NCBI GenBank assembly: GCA_038087875.1
Contig: CM075989.1
Location: 12,836,001 to 12,900,000 of the forward strand
Length of the DNA: 64,000 nucleotides
DNA from: Malacoraja senta
Lineage: Eukaryota
Direction: 5' to 3'
In this document: in pieces, positions 62,850 through 64,000 of the stretch
Layout: each line of letters begins with the position of its first letter
How positions within the stretch are numbered: position 1 is the first letter of the stretch
Made by a program: the position numbers and the translations under genes
The notes under the pieces: generated by a model
Databases searched by the model: none
Told to the model about the DNA's origin: nothing
Seen by the model: only the letters and a program-made list of their open reading frames with translations

Positions 62850-63535
62850 GTTGAAGAAAAACGAGTTAGAAAGTGCTAATGAAGTGCCCTACGGAATGAA
62901 ATAATTTTCAGGTTGGAATCTTCTGGTTGACATGCCTATGGGTGCTTGGATTAACTGGATGTGGTCCTCCATCTTTAAATCAATAGTGGTATTCTTGATG
63001 TTGTGAAATGTCAGTCAGATGAATTTGTGACGAGTAGTAGGTGGATGAAGTTTAAGGTCCTTTATCATGCTGGAGACTGAGCTCTGCCACTTGTAGTTGT
63101 TAGATATGAACCTTGCTGCTCTGTTTTGCACTGTTTGGATCTTATTGATGTTCCCTTGAGTGAAAGGATCCCACATGGAGCAGCAATATTCAACATGTGG
63201 ATATACAAGGCTTTTATATGCTTGGATCTTAACTTCTTTGGGTGCGTTTTGCAGATTGCGACGTAGAAAGCCGATGACACTGCTGGCTTTGGCTGTTGCC
63301 CCTTCCACATGCTTGTTCCATTTCATGTTTTCAGACAAAGTAACTCCAAAGTATTTATGACTAGAAACTGCCTCTAGCTGATGTCCAGAGAGTGTATAGG
63401 AATTATGGATTGGTTTAGATTTCCTAGTAAAACGCATGACATTACATTTTTCAGGTTTGAACATCGTTTGCCATTTCTTCTCCCATCTCTCCAATGAGCG
63501 CAGATCTTTTTGAAGCGTCAGGCAATCATCATGAG
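62850..63535 (-). mobile_element. Non-LTR retrotransposon RT C-terminal fragment (CR1/L2-group, distinct family)
   Basis: LQKDLRSLERWEKKWQTMFKPEKC...YFGVTLSENMKWNKH...AYKSLVYPHVEYCCSMWDP...VQNRAARFI. Confidence 0.85.
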
Positions 63536-63557
63536 ACATAGTCATGGTATGTGTATG

Positions 63558-63960
63558 TCTCATTGAGAGGGGATCTTATAGAAACGTACAAAATTCTTAT
63601 GGGGTTGGACAGGCTAGATGCAGGAAGATTGTTCCCGATGTTGGGGAAGTCCAGGACAAGGGGTCACAGCTTAAGGATAAGGGGGAAATCCTTTAAGACC
63701 GAGATGAGGAAAAACTTTTTCACACAGAGAGTGGTGAATCTCTGGAACTCTCTGCCACAGAGGGTAGTTGACGCCAGTTCATTGGCTATATTTAAGAGGG
63801 AGTTAGATGTGGCCCTTGTGGCTAAAGGGATCAAGGGGTATGGAGAGAAGGCAGGTACGGGATACTGAGTTGGATGATCAGCCATGATCATATTGAATGG
63901 CGGTGCAGGCTCGAAGGGCCGAATGGCCTACTCCTGCACCTATTTTCTATGTATCTATGG
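63558..63960 (+). mobile_element. Young CR1 3' fragment inserted next to or into the older LINE
   Basis: LRGDLIETYKIL...GEKAGTGY*, nearly identical to the reverse complement of 5936-6330, ending cctattttctatg. Confidence 0.93.
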
Positions 63961-64000
63961 TACGTTGGTACAACAGGAAGATTAGAAGAAGTTGCTGGAT

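Overview
Vertebrate genomic DNA. The CR1/Penelope/SINE repeat landscape suggests a cartilaginous fish, probably a skate or ray (inference). Three protein-coding loci can be reconstructed by hand. (1) The 5' coding part of a probable SLC24A1/NCKX1 gene on the minus strand, running off the left edge (ATG at 332). (2) CILP (CILP1) on the plus strand, coding exons 23263-44020, with a candidate extra 69-nt exon. (3) A complete 9-exon MTFMT on the minus strand (62232-47121, 377 aa), tail-to-tail with CILP. The rest is mainly mobile DNA: CR1 and Rex1/L2-type LINE fragments, tRNA-type SINEs, Penelope-derived palindromic repeats with hammerhead-like cores, a young full-length Tc1 (DD34E) element, a deleted HERO-like element and an 18S rRNA fragment. 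Three observations stand out. A 141-bp TSD-flanked retroposon begins with a 54-nt sequence that folds as a complete minimal HDV-like ribozyme, just downstream of MTFMT on the same strand. A 78-bp inverted repeat brackets MTFMT exon 4 and covers its 3' splice-site tract. Two 36-39 bp palindromic micro-transposons carry perfect 8-bp target-site duplications. All calls come from reading the sequence; no database searches were run.
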